Below, piece by piece: positions 62,171-64,000 of a stretch of DNA of 64,000 nucleotides. The notes beneath the pieces are model-generated. The model ran no database searches and was not told the origin of the DNA. It worked only from the letters and a program-made list of their open reading frames with translations. The stretch is from assembly GCA_964611205.1 (NCBI GenBank), contig CAZSZB010000002.1:74609-138608 (forward strand), given 5' to 3'. Every line of letters begins with the position of its first letter. The first letter of the stretch is position 1. The position numbers were made by a program, and so were the translations under genes. This stretch comes from an uncultured Candidatus Saccharibacteria bacterium (GTDB lineage: Bacteria; Patescibacteriota; Minisyncoccia; Phycocordibacterales; UBA918).

Positions 62171-63704
62171 TATTATCTTCCTTAATCACACCCTCTTCCG
62201 GCTTAATTTCTGGAGTTGAGACAGGTACTTTTTCAGCTGGTGGTTTTGTTTCAGCAGCAGCAGTTTCTGAAGGATTACTTTCCGTGGAAGAACCGTCATC
62301 TTTGTCGGTATTTTTATCAGAATTAGATGAACCTTCAGGACTGACATCTCCATCATTAGTTTTTTCATCTTTAAAGACCGGGTCGGTGGTGGTGGAAATG
62401 TCACCATTATCTTTGATATCTTCGGCAGAATCATTGATGATGTCGTCGGTTGTAGTGGCAGTAGTTGTAGCTACTGCGGTAGAAGGCTGTGTAGTCGTCG
62501 CTGTAGTTGAAGTACCAGTATCACTCGCCTTCTTGGTAGATGTAGCGGTAGAAGTGCCGTTATCAGCCTCCAAGAACTTAAATTTCGGCTCTCCAGCCTC
62601 ACCTAGATGTTCAACCTCTCTTCCTAACACAGCGTCGATATCAGCCTGACTCCAGCCTGCAGTCTCCAACTCCTCACGAGTAGCGGTATTAGGTGTGCCA
62701 GGGGTTGGAACCGGATCTACCCACACCGAACCATCCGGGATACGAGCAATAGATTTGCCTTTTGGAGTTAATGTATAGGTATAAGAATCAAGCAAAGTAC
62801 TAGATGTGTTATAGAGAGTTACCGTATCGCCACTATCATTTAGCCGACTGCTCACACAAAATTCTATAAGCAAACGGCCACCGGCTGGTATATTAGTACT
62901 AGCGGCGTTATACGGTCGGGCAAAGCCAATTTTTGAGTTAGATTGGCAGGTGTTTGATAGTGAAATTATATGTAGTTGCTCACTACTACTACCTGCAGTC
63001 TCTCCAATACTCCACCCTTCAACATCTATCGAAGTCTCCGTTCCGTTATACAATTCGACCCATTCTCTTTCCAGAGGAGCGGATAAGCTATTATCAGGGT
63101 TAGGGTAAATCTCATTTAACACCACGTTGCTAGTAGTTTGGGGACCAACAGCTTCCGTTGCTGTCACAGTCATACTGAAAGTTGTAGTAGCCGTAAAACC
63201 ACCTGACACATCATCACTAAACTCATTCTGCCAAGCTGTTACATTCACCACAAAATCACAGGTTTCATTTTGCACCGCTGAAAAAGAAGAAGTGGCGTTA
63301 ATCGCAACCGACCAAGTACCGCCCGTGGTCGAAGTAGCCAAAAGTGAGTTAGCGAAACCGTCGTAGACTACCGTTCCTTTGGTAACCGTCATAGCTAAAT
63401 TATTCCAAAAACCAGCTTTACAATTGGTTGGTACAGCTTCTATTCGATACTGCTCGTTCACTGAGCCAGTGTTGGTTGTATTGAAAGTAAAATTATCACC
63501 GAATGAAGAAGAAATAGCCAAGTTGGACTTATCTGGATTAGCAGTAATAGACAAAGTACCAGCTGAGAAGTTATTCGTCGTCGCTTCGGCTGGGGCGGTG
63601 AAGTAAGCCGCGGCTGGAACAAAACCAACACCAAAGAAAAACATCAAGAAAGCTATCATCATAGCCATTTTTCCTACCCTAATTTGTTGGTTTATTTTAT
63701 TCAT
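62157..63704 (-). CDS. secreted TasA/camelysin-like (SipW-cognate signal) protein fused to a lamin-tail domain and a Thr/Ser/Asp-rich tail
   Basis: A signal peptide followed by TTNNFSAGTLSITANPD (compare TasA ATFASGTLDLSA). LTD: VVLNEIYPNPDNS...EWVELYNGTETSIDVEGWSI...DTVTLYNTSSTLLDSYTY. The C-terminal ~150 aa is low-complexity T/S/D/E/K. Confidence 0.6.
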   Translation of the reverse strand: MNKINQQIRVGKMAMMIAFLMFFFGVGFVPAAAYFTAPAEATTNNFSAGTLSITANPDKSNLAISSSFGDNFTFNTTNTGSVNEQYRIEAVPTNCKAGFWNNLAMTVTKGTVVYDGFANSLLATSTTGGTWSVAINATSSFSAVQNETCDFVVNVTAWQNEFSDDVSGGFTATTTFSMTVTATEAVGPQTTSNVVLNEIYPNPDNSLSAPLEREWVELYNGTETSIDVEGWSIGETAGSSSEQLHIISLSNTCQSNSKIGFARPYNAASTNIPAGGRLLIEFCVSSRLNDSGDTVTLYNTSSTLLDSYTYTLTPKGKSIARIPDGSVWVDPVPTPGTPNTATREELETAGWSQADIDAVLGREVEHLGEAGEPKFKFLEADNGTSTATSTKKASDTGTSTTATTTQPSTAVATTTATTTDDIINDSAEDIKDNGDISTTTDPVFKDEKTNDGDVSPEGSSNSDKNTDKDDGSSTESNPSETAAAETKPPAEKVPVSTPEIKPEEGVIKEDNNETE

Positions 63705-64000
63705 ACATCATCTGCGATGTTTGTTTCCTCCTCGATTGCTATTTGTTGTCTGCGCAACTCAGCCCTGATTTTTCCGATTTGTTCATGAATAATCAAAACT
63801 GCCGGAATACCAATCAAAAGCAAAAATCCGATTGGTTGGCGAAAAAAACTTAGTACGTAACCTAGATATGGTAGATGTCCCCACATTTTGCCAGAAATTT
63901 CAGCTGGGAAAACTGGGTTTGTGTCGACAGCATCGTTAGCGTCACCTTGAGTGAGAAAAACCTCTTTCCCTTCTTCGATTCTCTCCTCGACAATGCGGTG
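63701..64000 (-). CDS. sipW: SipW-type (archaeal/eukaryotic-like) signal peptidase I, C-terminal part; the gene continues beyond the right edge
   Basis: ...FLTQGDANDAVDTNPVFPAEISGKMWGHLPYLGYVLSFFRQPIGFLLLIGIPAVLII matches the SipW C-terminus (GDNN...GKV..IPYLGYV plus a C-terminal TM). It is in frame back to position 64000. Confidence 0.6.
   Translation of the reverse strand, partial: HRIVEERIEEGKEVFLTQGDANDAVDTNPVFPAEISGKMWGHLPYLGYVLSFFRQPIGFLLLIGIPAVLIIHEQIGKIRAELRRQQIAIEEETNIADDV

Noticed and set aside
1-64000. UGA-as-glycine recoding (SR1/Gracilibacteria-type code 25)
   Set aside because: Long conserved genes (topA, clpB, gyrA, glmS, the 1960-aa ORF) are intact under the standard code, and in-frame TGA triplets terminate genes. 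Code 11 fits.

Overview
The window is low-GC (roughly high-30s percent by eye), gene-dense and uses the standard genetic code; long housekeeping ORFs are intact and there is no UGA recoding. Gene content (short IF-2, short Rel, one-domain-poor S1, small proteins, LAGLIDADG genes, several T4SS-pilin-like paralogs) fits a reduced-genome bacterium of the Candidate Phyla Radiation / Patescibacteria type, possibly Saccharibacteria-like. This assignment is an inference.

Core genes recognised: dus, serS, dprA-topA, rel, parB, peroxiredoxin, miaA, clpB, cysteine desulfurase, infB-rbfA, trhO, gyrA, pth, lepB, HisRS-like, rpsU, ybeY, ftsA-ftsZ, trxB, glmS, nrnA, tsaD. RNA genes: nine tRNAs (Leu-CAA, Trp, Tyr, Leu-TAG, Lys, Cys, Leu-TAA, Glu, Val), a compact RNase P RNA, and one candidate structured ncRNA of about 185 nt.

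Accessory and unusual content:
- A 1960-aa membrane-anchored protein (16515-22397) carrying SleB-like and M23 peptidoglycan-hydrolase domains plus coiled coils.
- Five paralogous two-helix T4SS-pilin-like (TrbC/VirB2-like) small proteins. Four sit in tandem and are co-oriented with a solute-binding protein, a methyltransferase and gyrA.
- A sipW / TasA-like / lamin-tail-domain secreted-protein operon at the right edge.
- Two LAGLIDADG-type genes that each abut a tRNA.
- Two short high-GC islands with strong Shine-Dalgarno sites next to tRNA clusters, likely horizontally acquired.
- The most unusual sequence-level signal: almost every tRNA is accompanied by a partial copy of its own 5' or 3' end 50-180 nt away. 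This includes pseudo-tRNA-Leu and pseudo-tRNA-Glu copies interrupted by palindromic hairpin inserts that show compensatory stem changes and inverted loops.

No CRISPR array, rRNA or transposase was seen.
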